A DNA stretch of 64,000 nucleotides from Acidimicrobiales bacterium. Lineage in GTDB: Bacteria > Patescibacteriota > Minisyncoccia > Phycocordibacterales > UBA918. The stretch is from assembly GCA_047638595.1 (NCBI GenBank), contig JBLIMJ010000002.1, forward strand, positions 640 through 64,639, in the 5' to 3' direction. The first letter of the stretch is position 1, and each line of letters begins with the position of its first letter. Below the pieces are notes generated by a model. It was not told the DNA's origin, made no database searches, and saw only the letters and a program-made list of their open reading frames with translations. The translations under genes were made by a program, and so were the position numbers. Shown in pieces: positions 47,974-58,524 of the stretch.

Positions 47974-49764
47974 TTAATTAAGAATCACTGTCACTGTACT
48001 ACTACTGTTTATCGTAGTGCTTGCAGTTACTTCTGTAGTGTAACCAGTAGCATCAACGGTTAGAGTGTAGTCGTCAGCGTCATACAAGCCACTACTAAAG
48101 TACGTTTGGCCACATAACGAAGTGGTATCTGTTTGATCAACACTAGTATTTTCTAACCGCACGGTTGCATCTGGGATAGGTGTCCCATCTATTTCCTGTA
48201 CTAAAACACGTAATAATTGTGGAGTCGCTGCGCTGAGTGTGAACTGTACCGTCTCTGATGTATCAGGATTGAGATATAATGGCGAAGGAGCGCATACCTC
48301 CAGTACGTTATATCCTTCAGTAAGTACCTCAATATCATAGATGTCCCATTCAATATCAGAAACATTCCATTCTCCATCACCATCAGTTACACCTGTATTT
48401 TGATATTTTAAAATAGGTTTTGCAGTAGCATCAGTTCCGATAATTTTATCTCCAGCAATACTCAGTTGTATGTCACTGATTGAAGACTGTGCTTGCACAT
48501 ACGACAATGCCCACTGATGAAGCTGGGGTGTGTATGCAGTATCTGTTGTACTCAAAGTAGTCTGTAATGCAAGCGTATTGTAGGTCGCTACTGAAAGACC
48601 AGTCAGGTCCACAGGCGAATATGTGAAACCAATACTATTACCTGGCAAGTCCACATCAGGAACAAATGCTAAGCCACCTCCATTGTCATACAGGAGTGAT
48701 ACAGTTGCTGTAGTGGATGCTGAAGTGCTTGCTTGGAATGTGGCTGCGTACCATGATGTAATAGCGCCGGGAGCTGTACTGGTGCTCACTGCAGTCCCTG
48801 GTGTCCGATAGACACCTACATCATCACTCAATACTAATGAACCTCCAGAGACGGTGGTGCTTGGTACACTTGTTAAAAGTGAGGCGTCAGTAAAAATATC
48901 AATAAACGAACCATATGTAGGGAGCCCTACGGTCGTCACCAGTATGTCACTCAACTCATCAATCTGAAAGTTCATCGTTGATATCTGACTTTCAAGTACT
49001 GCAACAGGTAATGTGACAGGATTTGGGTTTGATGTTGTCGCTACATAAGTTCCATCTGTTGAATACCCACTATCAGTAACGGTGATTTGGTAGTTTGCAG
49101 CGGCAGGTGCTCCTGATAAATATGTGATGCCATTCAGATCCGTATAACGAAGCGTATCTATGGTAGACGTAGTAGTATCATTAAAAAATCGAACTTCCGC
49201 TCCTGACAGTGGCAATACGTTTGCATTAAACACATTCACACGAATGGTTCCTCCACCTGCAGTGGTCTCAATACTGGGAGGAACAATATTTGACACTAAT
49301 GCAGCAGTATCATTTTTCCCACGAAGGTCCCATGAATATTCAACTTTAATTTGTTTATAGTCAGCTAAAATACCGTTGCTATCAGCACCACCTATACCAT
49401 CAGCAACATCGTCAACATATTGAATCAAGATACGTTCGTTATACACGATACCATTGAGTGTTGTGGTGCTCGTTTGTGCAATATTCCCATTTGGCACCCC
49501 AGCAATGGTCCCGACATTGTTGTACGGCAAAGAACGAATATATTCCATCTTTTCAGACATAAGTGCCAATGCCCCAGCCTGCGCCTTCGACTTCCCAATC
49601 AGCTGCAGCATAAGTTGAAAACCTCCAAACAGCCCTCCAAACACAAGGGTAAAGATTGCAATAGTGACCAGTATTTCTACAAATGTGAAGCCTCTGTGTT
49701 GTGCACGTCCATAAAGAGAAAAATATCCCTTTTTTTCCTTACTAAAATACCCAACATTTTTCAT
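47974..49764 (-). CDS. large prepilin-type protein with carboxypeptidase-regulatory-like beta domains
   Basis: RGFTFVEILV; G.P..GA.V repeats. Confidence 0.8.
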   Translation of the reverse strand: MKNVGYFSKEKKGYFSLYGRAQHRGFTFVEILVTIAIFTLVFGGLFGGFQLMLQLIGKSKAQAGALALMSEKMEYIRSLPYNNVGTIAGVPNGNIAQTSTTTLNGIVYNERILIQYVDDVADGIGGADSNGILADYKQIKVEYSWDLRGKNDTAALVSNIVPPSIETTAGGGTIRVNVFNANVLPLSGAEVRFFNDTTTSTIDTLRYTDLNGITYLSGAPAAANYQITVTDSGYSTDGTYVATTSNPNPVTLPVAVLESQISTMNFQIDELSDILVTTVGLPTYGSFIDIFTDASLLTSVPSTTVSGGSLVLSDDVGVYRTPGTAVSTSTAPGAITSWYAATFQASTSASTTATVSLLYDNGGGLAFVPDVDLPGNSIGFTYSPVDLTGLSVATYNTLALQTTLSTTDTAYTPQLHQWALSYVQAQSSISDIQLSIAGDKIIGTDATAKPILKYQNTGVTDGDGEWNVSDIEWDIYDIEVLTEGYNVLEVCAPSPLYLNPDTSETVQFTLSAATPQLLRVLVQEIDGTPIPDATVRLENTSVDQTDTTSLCGQTYFSSGLYDADDYTLTVDATGYTTEVTASTTINSSSTVTVILN

Positions 49765-49768
49765 GATG

Positions 49769-50995
49769 TTAAATACTGTCTCCTATTGAATAAATTGGTG
49801 CAATCATCGCCAATGCAAAGAAACCAACTGAGGCTCCAATAAACACCATTAGGACTGGTTCAATAATAGTTGAGAGATCTTTTGTTTTTTGTTCGACCTC
49901 TGTCTCATAAAAAATCGCAAGTTCCTTGAGCATTTTTGAAATACCTCCCGTTTCTTCTCCAACTAAAATCATCTCGCCCATAAGTACCGGGTATAAATCA
50001 TCTCGTTCGATAAACACTTCCGAAAGTGCGGTACCTTTTTCAACTCGCTTCGCAGCTTCAGCGATAATCTGTTTGTAAAAATGATTCTGTACGACTTCTT
50101 GCGTAATAGTTAACGCTCGAATTACATCAACCCCTGCGGATAAAAGTGAGGAGAGTGTACGCGCAGTACGTGCAGCATTTGTTTCTTTTGCCATAGTCCC
50201 AATAATCGGCAAACGCGGTATTATCCACGAGGTAGTAATCCTCCCGTAGCGAGTTCGTAGTGCATATATAAAGCCAACAATAAACGACACCATACCCACG
50301 AGTACAAGTACTGTATGGGCCACCATAAATTTACTTATAGCCATCAACGCCTGAGTAGTCGCCGGTAAATCCGTCTCTAGACTTTCGAAGGTTCCCGTAA
50401 TTGAAGGCATAACATAAATCATCATCAGGATTCCAATGATAACCAGAATGGTAATCACTATAATTGGATAAATCATTGCCCCTTTGATTCTTTTCCGTAA
50501 AGAGGATGATCGTTCCATTTGCACACTCAATGTCTGCAATGCTTCTGACATACCGCCACTCTCTTCACCTGCGCGAATCATCGCAACATATAGGTTATTA
50601 AATATTTTCGGATGTCGTGCGAGCGCAGCGTTAAACTGTTCCCCCTTATTGATCTGAGCAGACACATCTTTCATAACACCTTTCAAACGAGGGTTCTTAC
50701 TTTGTCGTTCTATCACAGATAACGATCGCGACAGGGGGAGACCTGCCACGAGCATCGAACCGAGATTACGTGTCACCATAACCAGTTCATCATCTTTTAC
50801 TCGACTGATTGCGTACTCAATTTTCTCGATATTAAGTAACGTCTTAATATCGAATTTTTTTGTTTCACCAATAGATGCAACGGTATGTCCCGCGACACGT
50901 GCTACCTCGTACACTGAAAACCTATCTGCCGCGTCAACAGTCTTGGTGACTTTTGTTCCATCTTTATCTTCTGCTGTGTAAGTAAACTTTGGCAT
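49769..50995 (-). CDS. pilC: type IV pilus / T2SS inner membrane platform protein PilC/GspF
   Basis: AGEESG, AMIYP, VGEETG, IEP. Confidence 0.93.
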   Translation of the reverse strand: MPKFTYTAEDKDGTKVTKTVDAADRFSVYEVARVAGHTVASIGETKKFDIKTLLNIEKIEYAISRVKDDELVMVTRNLGSMLVAGLPLSRSLSVIERQSKNPRLKGVMKDVSAQINKGEQFNAALARHPKIFNNLYVAMIRAGEESGGMSEALQTLSVQMERSSSLRKRIKGAMIYPIIVITILVIIGILMMIYVMPSITGTFESLETDLPATTQALMAISKFMVAHTVLVLVGMVSFIVGFIYALRTRYGRITTSWIIPRLPIIGTMAKETNAARTARTLSSLLSAGVDVIRALTITQEVVQNHFYKQIIAEAAKRVEKGTALSEVFIERDDLYPVLMGEMILVGEETGGISKMLKELAIFYETEVEQKTKDLSTIIEPVLMVFIGASVGFFALAMIAPIYSIGDSI

Positions 50996-50996
50996 A

Positions 50997-52751
50997 TTAT
51001 TCATTAATGACACGTAAGACTTCCTCGATGGTTGTGATACCCAAAGCTGCTTTATAGATACCATCTTCCAACATCGTCAACATTCCCTCTTTCTTTGCTT
51101 GTTCCTCGATTTGATCAGAGGTTCCTTTTGCCATAACAAGCTCTTTTATAGTTGGGGTAAAGGGAAGTATTTCATGAATACCCACACGCCCTTTATATCC
51201 TTCCTCCGCACCTACACTTTCCCCTGCATGATAAAATGGCACACTGTTCCAAGTCGAACGTGATTTAATAATCTTTTCTTCTTTCAATACATCTAAAATT
51301 TTATCGAGATCTACATGTTTGGATAGTTCAGCTTTTTCATTGGAGGAAAGGGTATAAGGTTCCTTGAGATTATCATTTACCTTTCGTACAAGTCGTTGTC
51401 CTACTGCAACACGAAGTGTGGAAACCATAAGAAATGATTCCACCCCCATATCCACTAAGCGAGCGACTGTTCCTGAAGCGGAGTTCGTATGCACTGTTGC
51501 TAAAACCAAGTGTCCTGTGAGTGCAGCGTTAATCGCAAGACTCGCGGTTTCTTGATCACGAATTTCCCCCACCATAATAATGTCGGGGTCTTGCCGCATC
51601 AGCGATCGTAAACCAGAAGAGAAGGTAAATCCTATTTCAGACTTTACCTGTGTTTGGTTAATTCGCGGCATCTGATACTCAATCGGGTCCTCAATAGTTG
51701 AAATATTTACCTCAGGAGTATTAAGGAGATCAAGAACGGTATACAAAGTAGTAGTCTTACCTGACCCTGTTGGTCCGGTAACCAGAATAATTCCTGTGGT
51801 TTGTCGCATTGTGTCTTGCAGTCGCTCTAGTGTCGAACCGTGAAAACCAACACCTTCAAGTGAGTACCCCGAACGATTCTCTCGCAACAGACGAGTCACA
51901 ATCTTTTCTCCATAGAAAATAGGAAGTACCGAAACTCGGAATGATACTTTCTGACCATCCATTTCCATTTTAAAACGTCCATCTTGCGGAAGACGTTTCT
52001 CGTCAAGCTTCAAGTTTGAAAGTACTTTGATACGTGCAGCAATCGTCGGCGCTGCATGCTTTGGTAATGTCATTGCATCGTGCAAAATACCATCGATACG
52101 ATACCGGACCAGCACTTGTTCCTCCATCGGCTCAATATGGATATCCGATGCTCCTTGAATTATGGCATGTCGTAAAAGTGTATCCACAATACGCACTACA
52201 GGAAGATCTTCTGCCATCTTTTTGAGATCCTCCTCACTGACGTCATCACCTCCTTCATCAGCAATGACCTTCAATGATGAAGACTCTTTGGCAATAATAT
52301 CGCCAAATTCATCTTTGAGTGTTTTCTGGTACTGGAGCAACGCATGACGCATTGAGTCTGTGTCAGTCAGACGAGGAAGAATTTTTAATCCTACTTTTTT
52401 CTTTATAAAATCAATAGCAGGGAGATCGGCAGTATCAAGCATTGCGACCTCAAGAGAAGTCTCGCTTTTCTTAAAAGCAATGATGTTGTGGTTGCGGGCA
52501 ACAGGTTCAGGGATAAGCGAAAGAATATCAAAGTTAATTTTTGTGTCTTTAAGAGACACAAAAGGTATACCAAGTACATACGACTCGACTCGACGTAGGT
52601 CGTCTTCAGTCATGTATCCTCCAGCAATAAGAGCCTCAGCAAGAGTTCGTTTTTCTTCAACCGCAATCTTTGAAGCTGCCACAAGGTCCTTTTTAGGCAC
52701 CAAGCCAGCATCAGTCACGAATCGTTTTAATTGATCATCTTGTATGCGCAT
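50997..52751 (-). CDS. pilB: type IV pilus assembly ATPase PilB/GspE
   Basis: ASDIHIEP, RLPQDGR, GPTGSGKTTT, RQDPDIIMVGEIRD. Confidence 0.94.
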   Translation of the reverse strand: MRIQDDQLKRFVTDAGLVPKKDLVAASKIAVEEKRTLAEALIAGGYMTEDDLRRVESYVLGIPFVSLKDTKINFDILSLIPEPVARNHNIIAFKKSETSLEVAMLDTADLPAIDFIKKKVGLKILPRLTDTDSMRHALLQYQKTLKDEFGDIIAKESSSLKVIADEGGDDVSEEDLKKMAEDLPVVRIVDTLLRHAIIQGASDIHIEPMEEQVLVRYRIDGILHDAMTLPKHAAPTIAARIKVLSNLKLDEKRLPQDGRFKMEMDGQKVSFRVSVLPIFYGEKIVTRLLRENRSGYSLEGVGFHGSTLERLQDTMRQTTGIILVTGPTGSGKTTTLYTVLDLLNTPEVNISTIEDPIEYQMPRINQTQVKSEIGFTFSSGLRSLMRQDPDIIMVGEIRDQETASLAINAALTGHLVLATVHTNSASGTVARLVDMGVESFLMVSTLRVAVGQRLVRKVNDNLKEPYTLSSNEKAELSKHVDLDKILDVLKEEKIIKSRSTWNSVPFYHAGESVGAEEGYKGRVGIHEILPFTPTIKELVMAKGTSDQIEEQAKKEGMLTMLEDGIYKAALGITTIEEVLRVINE

Positions 52752-53069
52752 ATCTAGACGTGATTACATAAAACACACTGATAAAAAGAAGAATACCCAT
52801 CCCGACCCGTCGATAACCAAAATCCATCAAAAAAACTGCTAAAATTCTTTACCATACTAATGTACAGATCATAATTTATATCAGTTTTTTTACTCATATT
52901 TTGCATATCTTTATGTGTCGGGTTTTTGTAACCACATCTAAAAAGAACCTCCAAACATATCCCGTTCTTGCTATTTATTATACCGCACGCCCCTCGAGAA
53001 ATACCTCTCACCAATACACATAATAAAACCCCCGGGAATAGTTCCGGGGGTTTTTGCGCATACGGCGCT

Positions 53070-53963
53070 TTATTGTTCGGCGACGGCTTGTGCAACAAGC
53101 CGATCAATCTGCTGTTCAACCTGCTCGGTGAGAACAATAGATTGTCTGAAGTGTGCAGGTCGTGCCCGTGGGCGAGGTGACTGCTTTAGTGCAGATTCTG
53201 TACCTCTTGAAGGACGAGCCTTCGGACGAGGTGAAACATACACCGCAGTCATGTTTTTGGTTGATACAACAACACGTTGTGCATGATGATCACCATAGAA
53301 TACATGGTTGCCAATTTTCCCAATTTGTGTCAAACGTCCAAAATATCCTTTTTGACGTTCGCATGCTTCGGGAACACAGTATGAATGAGCGCCTCGTGCT
53401 TCTTTAGGAGCACGGAAGATACCCATCTGGTACTGCGCGTACCACCACGTAGTGCGCCACAGAATTGCTTGACCTCCTTCTGTTGAGAGGTCTTCAACAT
53501 ACTCATCCCCCATTGCGTTGTATTGGAACAACTTTGGGTTTTTAGGGTATGGCTGCCATGCAACTGCATGAATGGTCGAAGGAAAGCGCTTGTCTGCAAT
53601 TCTCTGCAAGAGCGTTGCAAACACTGCTTTTTGTCCCTGTACCGATTCACCTCGTGACTCGCCATCGATAAGCTTTGCAACAGAGTATACGTTGTGCACA
53701 TGTGGCATAACCATATACATAGTCGCAAGCGCAATGGCGATTGTTGCGAACACCGCAAACGTCCATGCCCGAATATCAACACTCCACTTCGCCAAATTGA
53801 CAAAGAGTCGAACGATTTCATGACCAAGCGGGATAAGAATCCCTTTGATTATAAATCGTCCAAGACGATATCCAGCAATTCCGATACCGCGGAGCGATAT
53901 ATGATTTGCCGTAGTTTGAAGTGTGTGACGGCTCACCGTCATCATTTTTTGAACCAATTTCAT
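53070..53963 (-). CDS. cell wall hydrolase (SleB/Hydrolase_2) with TM anchor
   Basis: GESRGESVQGQKAV, FPSTI, IGNHVFY; C-terminal SPRP[K/R]ARP repeats. Confidence 0.8.
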   Translation of the reverse strand: MKLVQKMMTVSRHTLQTTANHISLRGIGIAGYRLGRFIIKGILIPLGHEIVRLFVNLAKWSVDIRAWTFAVFATIAIALATMYMVMPHVHNVYSVAKLIDGESRGESVQGQKAVFATLLQRIADKRFPSTIHAVAWQPYPKNPKLFQYNAMGDEYVEDLSTEGGQAILWRTTWWYAQYQMGIFRAPKEARGAHSYCVPEACERQKGYFGRLTQIGKIGNHVFYGDHHAQRVVVSTKNMTAVYVSPRPKARPSRGTESALKQSPRPRARPAHFRQSIVLTEQVEQQIDRLVAQAVAEQ

Positions 53964-54031
53964 CGGTTTCTTCCTTTTTCTGCCTCAGGTTTAATTTTCT
54001 TAGAACATTACCTCTTTGGGTAACTCTTTAT

Positions 54032-54060
54032 ATAATAGCATAAATATACACTTTTGTCAA
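54032..54060 (-). promoter_or_regulatory. sigma70-like promoter of the hydrolase gene
   Basis: minus strand TTGACA-17 nt-TATTAT with TG extension. Confidence 0.6.
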
Positions 54061-54351
54061 TGTATTTACACCAAAATACGGCTTATTTACTGTGTTTAGT
54101 GCTTAAAATATCTATTAATTTACTGGAATTCTCCACATTACATTATTCGATGATAGCTAATAGTGTGCGTCTGGTATCCTACTTCATACAGTTCATTTCA
54201 GAAAAAATAATCTATACACTCTTTGACATCGCCTATATATAGGTATAAAGTAAGAGCATTGACTGATACGCGTGGTTCGAAAGAACCGCGCGTTCTCCGT
54301 CTACATTAAAAATAACAGGGCTTGTCCTGTTCATAAATACAATTAAATAAT

Positions 54352-55848
54352 ATGTTTGACCTTAAAGTAATCCACTCCGTGTTAGGAGAGATGGAAGAAG
54401 AGCGTGGTGTTTCACGCGAAAAGATGATGGAGGCCATTGAACAGGCGCTTGCAACTGCATACAAGAAAGAATACGGAAAACGTGGACAAATCATCCGCGC
54501 TGCATTTGACCTAGATTCTGGTACAACAAATTTTGAACAATTGAAAACAGTGCTAGACGAGAGCATGTTGAAGCCTGATCTGGAAGATGGTGAAGAACCT
54601 GATCCAGAAGAAGAAGAGGCCCCTTCATTAGAGGATGGCGAGGTGCGTAAAGTACGATTTGACGCGGAAAAACACATCATGATCGACAATGCACGACTTA
54701 TTAAAAAAGATGTGGAACTTGCTGAGGAACTTATCTTCCCCCTAGAAGGAAAGGATGATTTCGGACGAATTGCAGCTCAAACTGCAAAGCAGGTAATCAT
54801 CCAGAAAATTCGTGAAGCTGAAAAGGAATCAGCAATGACTGAATTTGGACAAAAGGAGGGAGAAATCATCATGGGCCACACACAGCGATTCGAACGAGGT
54901 AATCTCTATGTTGATCTTGGTCGAGTAACTGCTGTAATGCCGTACGACGAACAAATTCCTGGAGAACGATTTCGACCAGGAGAACGAGTGCGTGCGACAC
55001 TTTTAAAAGTAGACGAAACTTCACGTGGTATTTTCCTTAAACTCTCACGAGCACATCCTGACTTTCTTGAAGGACTCTTTGCAGTAGAGACGCCTGAACT
55101 CCAAACGGGGGTAGTGGAAATCAAGGCAATTGCACGAGAAGCCGGAGCACGATCTAAGGTTGCAGTATACGCACATGATGACCACATTGATCCCGTTGGA
55201 TCACTTGTAGGACAGCGTGGTGTTCGTGTTTCAACTGTTATGAGTGAACTCGGGGGTGAAAAAATTGACATCATCGAATGGTCAGAGGACCCTATTTCAT
55301 TTATTGAAGATGCACTCTCACCAGCACAAGTACTTTCAGTAACTATTGAAAAAGAACCAACTGATGATGCTGACTTAGAGGATAATCGAGGGCACGCTAT
55401 TGTAGAAGTACAGCCTGACCAGCAATCTCTTGCTATCGGACGCGGCGGACAAAACGTACGTCTTGCAGCAAAACTTACTGGATGGAAGCTCGACATCATC
55501 TCTAACGCAGGTGAAGAACTAGCTGAAGCTGATGCTAGTGGAAAGGTGGATATTAAAGCTCCAGTGACTACAGAAGTCGGGGCCGACATCGATGCACTGG
55601 AAAGTGAAGACGCGACGACGACAAAACCAGAACTTCCGGAAGAAGATGAGGCTACAAACGACCGAGACCTTACCGATGAGAATCAAACAGAAGAAATCAA
55701 CGAAATTGATACTCCAGAGGAAGCTGAGGAACTAGTGGCGGAAGAAGCTAAAGCTGCTGAAGAAGAAATTGAGGCTGAAGTAGAGACAGGTGAAAAGAAA
55801 GAAGACGAAGAAGCTTCTGACGAAACTGTAGAAGAGACGAAGGAATAA
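54352..55848 (+). CDS. nusA: transcription factor NusA with acidic C-terminal tail
   Basis: FGRIAAQTAKQ, AREAG.RSK, AIGRGGQNVRLA. Confidence 0.97.
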   Translation: MFDLKVIHSVLGEMEEERGVSREKMMEAIEQALATAYKKEYGKRGQIIRAAFDLDSGTTNFEQLKTVLDESMLKPDLEDGEEPDPEEEEAPSLEDGEVRKVRFDAEKHIMIDNARLIKKDVELAEELIFPLEGKDDFGRIAAQTAKQVIIQKIREAEKESAMTEFGQKEGEIIMGHTQRFERGNLYVDLGRVTAVMPYDEQIPGERFRPGERVRATLLKVDETSRGIFLKLSRAHPDFLEGLFAVETPELQTGVVEIKAIAREAGARSKVAVYAHDDHIDPVGSLVGQRGVRVSTVMSELGGEKIDIIEWSEDPISFIEDALSPAQVLSVTIEKEPTDDADLEDNRGHAIVEVQPDQQSLAIGRGGQNVRLAAKLTGWKLDIISNAGEELAEADASGKVDIKAPVTTEVGADIDALESEDATTTKPELPEEDEATNDRDLTDENQTEEINEIDTPEEAEELVAEEAKAAEEEIEAEVETGEKKEDEEASDETVEETKE

Positions 55849-56077
55849 TACTTATCATCCTAATGCATAAAACACGTCATCCTTTAGGTGCCGTGTTTTA
55901 TGTCATGTGAATTAAACAGGTATATACCATAGTATATACTATGGTATATACCTGTTTTTAAACTCTGTAATACAGAAAAGGCGCTCTATACTATCGCACA
56001 CAGTGCCTTTATTATGCGACTTCACGCACACGCGAAAATACGTTACGATATGCTCACTATAAGTATATACATTCACT

Positions 56078-56998
56078 ATGACTAAAGTTTTTGGACATCT
56101 ATCACCTGATACTGACGCAACATGCTCTGCGATTATTTGGACATGGTACTTAAACGAACACACCTCACAAGATGCAACAGCATATGTGCTGGGTGAACTC
56201 AATACTGAGACAGCATTTGTGCTCAATCACTGGAACGTAGCCGCTCCAGGAATCCTTGAAGATCTGACTGAAGGTGACGAAGTGGTAGTGGTAGATACAA
56301 ACAATCCGCAAGAACTTCCTGAAAATATTGCAGATGCTCAGATTGTGCAGATTATCGATCACCACAAACTCGTCGGGGGTCTTGCCACTTCCGGACCAGT
56401 AGATATTACGATGCGACCACTAGCATGTACCGCAACTGTCATGTACGACCTTATGGGAGAACATGCACAAACTATGCCAAAAGAAATTGTTGGTCTGATG
56501 CTCTCATGTATTCTTTCTGACACACTTGAATTCCGATCACCGACAACCACCCCTCATGATAAAGACGTGGCAGAAAAACTTGCAACAACTCTTGAAATAG
56601 ACCTTAGCTCATACGCAAGTGAGATGTTTGCAGCAAAATCTGATGTGTCTGAATTCTCTGATATTGGATTGGTTAAAATGGACAGCAAGAAATACGACGT
56701 CGGTGACAAAAATTTCCGAGTATCAGTGCTTGAAACAACAACTCCTGAAACTATCCTTACTCGAAAAGAAGGACTCATTGCTGCAATACAAGAATGTATC
56801 GCCACTGAAAACGATGTAGATGAAGTACTTCTCTTTGTAATTGACATCCTTAAAGAAGAAGCAACGGTGCTTACATACAATGATGTAACCAAGCAGGTCA
56901 TCGAAGCATCTTTCGGAGTTACCGTTGAAGGCGATACTGAGGTACTGCCAGGTATCATGTCTCGAAAGAAACAGATTCTCCCTTCTTTGAAAATGTAA
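56078..56998 (+). CDS. ppaC: manganese-dependent inorganic pyrophosphatase (DHH family)
   Basis: FGHLSPDTD, IIDHH, ILSDTL, SRKKQI. Confidence 0.95.
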   Translation: MTKVFGHLSPDTDATCSAIIWTWYLNEHTSQDATAYVLGELNTETAFVLNHWNVAAPGILEDLTEGDEVVVVDTNNPQELPENIADAQIVQIIDHHKLVGGLATSGPVDITMRPLACTATVMYDLMGEHAQTMPKEIVGLMLSCILSDTLEFRSPTTTPHDKDVAEKLATTLEIDLSSYASEMFAAKSDVSEFSDIGLVKMDSKKYDVGDKNFRVSVLETTTPETILTRKEGLIAAIQECIATENDVDEVLLFVIDILKEEATVLTYNDVTKQVIEASFGVTVEGDTEVLPGIMSRKKQILPSLKM

Positions 56999-57101
56999 TC
57001 TATCAACCTGCTGTGTATAGCCCGTCTTCCCCGAGGGAGGACGGGCTATACTATATATATGTAGGCGATGCCTCCACAATAAAATTTTTAACTAAAAAAG
57101 T

Positions 57102-57878
57102 ATGAATAATATAGGTACATCATTTTCAATTGTCAGTCTTGCTCTTTTGCTCACTTTCACAGGCTTTATCTTTGTTGCGCAAGCGCAAGAGACAGATACT
57201 GGCACAACACCGCAACAGCGTTACCAAGAACTCCGCGGTGGTGCAGAAGAAAAAAAAGCTAGTTTTGAAGCAAAACAAGTGGAACGAAAAGAAGAATTCC
57301 AAGCGAAAAAAGAGGAGAAACGCGCTGAGTTTGCCTCAAGCAGTGAGGATCGTAAAGAAGAAATGAAAGCTAAGAAAGAGGAGCGAAGAGCTGCCCTGAA
57401 TGAACGAGCTCAAGAACGAATTACAAAACTAGCAGCGAATGTTTCAAATAGAATGGAGGCTGCAGTGGCACGGATTCGTCAAATTATCACCAGGTTTGAA
57501 TCACGGGTTGATTCACTTTCTGAAAAGGGCATTGATACTGCCGCAGCACAAGCGGAGATAGACTCAGCTTCTGCATACCTAAATGCCGCAGAAGCTGCGC
57601 TTGCGGATATTGATAGTATGGTAGCTGAAGTTACTTCTTCAGAATCACCACGTGAAGCATGGGGAACTGCTCGAGAAACATACAAAGCAATCAAAGAAGA
57701 CTTAAAGGCAGCTCACCAAGCATTACGAAACTCAGTTACTCTACTGAAAGAAGCGGTGAGAGCAGCAGGTCTAGAACGAGGGTCAGGTGGTGCAGTACGA
57801 AACGAACGTAGTGACCGAAATGACAGTACGGAAGATTCAGACATCGATACTGTAGACGATGACACAACCACAGAATAA
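57102..57878 (+). CDS. secreted coiled-coil protein
   Basis: signal peptide (AQA), E/K/R-rich helical body. Confidence 0.75.
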   Translation: MNNIGTSFSIVSLALLLTFTGFIFVAQAQETDTGTTPQQRYQELRGGAEEKKASFEAKQVERKEEFQAKKEEKRAEFASSSEDRKEEMKAKKEERRAALNERAQERITKLAANVSNRMEAAVARIRQIITRFESRVDSLSEKGIDTAAAQAEIDSASAYLNAAEAALADIDSMVAEVTSSESPREAWGTARETYKAIKEDLKAAHQALRNSVTLLKEAVRAAGLERGSGGAVRNERSDRNDSTEDSDIDTVDDDTTTE

Positions 57879-57904
57879 TTAATTAAAAATATAATAATAT
57901 AATT

Positions 57905-58330
57905 ATGGAACAAGAAAACCAAAACTCACAAGAACCAGTTGTAACTCCTAATGAGATGAAGATGCCGGAGGAGGCATTTGGAGGTTCATCTATCACTACA
58001 GAAGAGCCGACGACGCATCTTGGTATTATATTGGGAGTGCTCATTGTATTGCTTATCCTTATTCTGAGTGGTCTGTACCTCTGGACGACAACACTCACTT
58101 CAGAAGCCCCCATTGTGAATACTCCTGTAGTTGAACGACCAACTGCGGAAGAAAACAACGAACCAGAGAGCACTAAAGCTGAAGCTGAGGTGGAAACACT
58201 CCAAGCAGTCAGTACTTCAGACGAAATCGATGCAATAGAAGCTGACATTGAAAGCACCAACTTTGATGAGCTTGATGCTGAAATGGAAGCGATTACCGCT
58301 GAGCTTGATGCAGCACTTGAAGAATTTTAA
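57905..58330 (+). CDS. acidic single-pass membrane protein
   Basis: one TM; SDEIDAIEADI. Confidence 0.75.
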   Translation: MEQENQNSQEPVVTPNEMKMPEEAFGGSSITTEEPTTHLGIILGVLIVLLILILSGLYLWTTTLTSEAPIVNTPVVERPTAEENNEPESTKAEAEVETLQAVSTSDEIDAIEADIESTNFDELDAEMEAITAELDAALEEF

Positions 58331-58335
58331 TTGAC

Positions 58336-58387
58336 AACAAGGAACTAAAAAACGGCAGCTATAGCTGCCGTTTTTTAGTTCCTTGTT
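58336..58387. terminator. long terminator-like hairpin
   Basis: aacaaggaactaaaaaacggcagc-tata-gctgccgttttttagttccttgtt. Confidence 0.6.
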
Positions 58388-58524
58388 ACTATACAATGTG
58401 AAACCTCGAATCTTCTCTGCACATTTAGTGGAAAAAAGTATCTCAATATGGTTTAATGCCCGAACTTTGAAGTGAGACGTTTATAAGAACTTTCTCTCCT
58501 CATTATTAATTTTGTATTTATATT

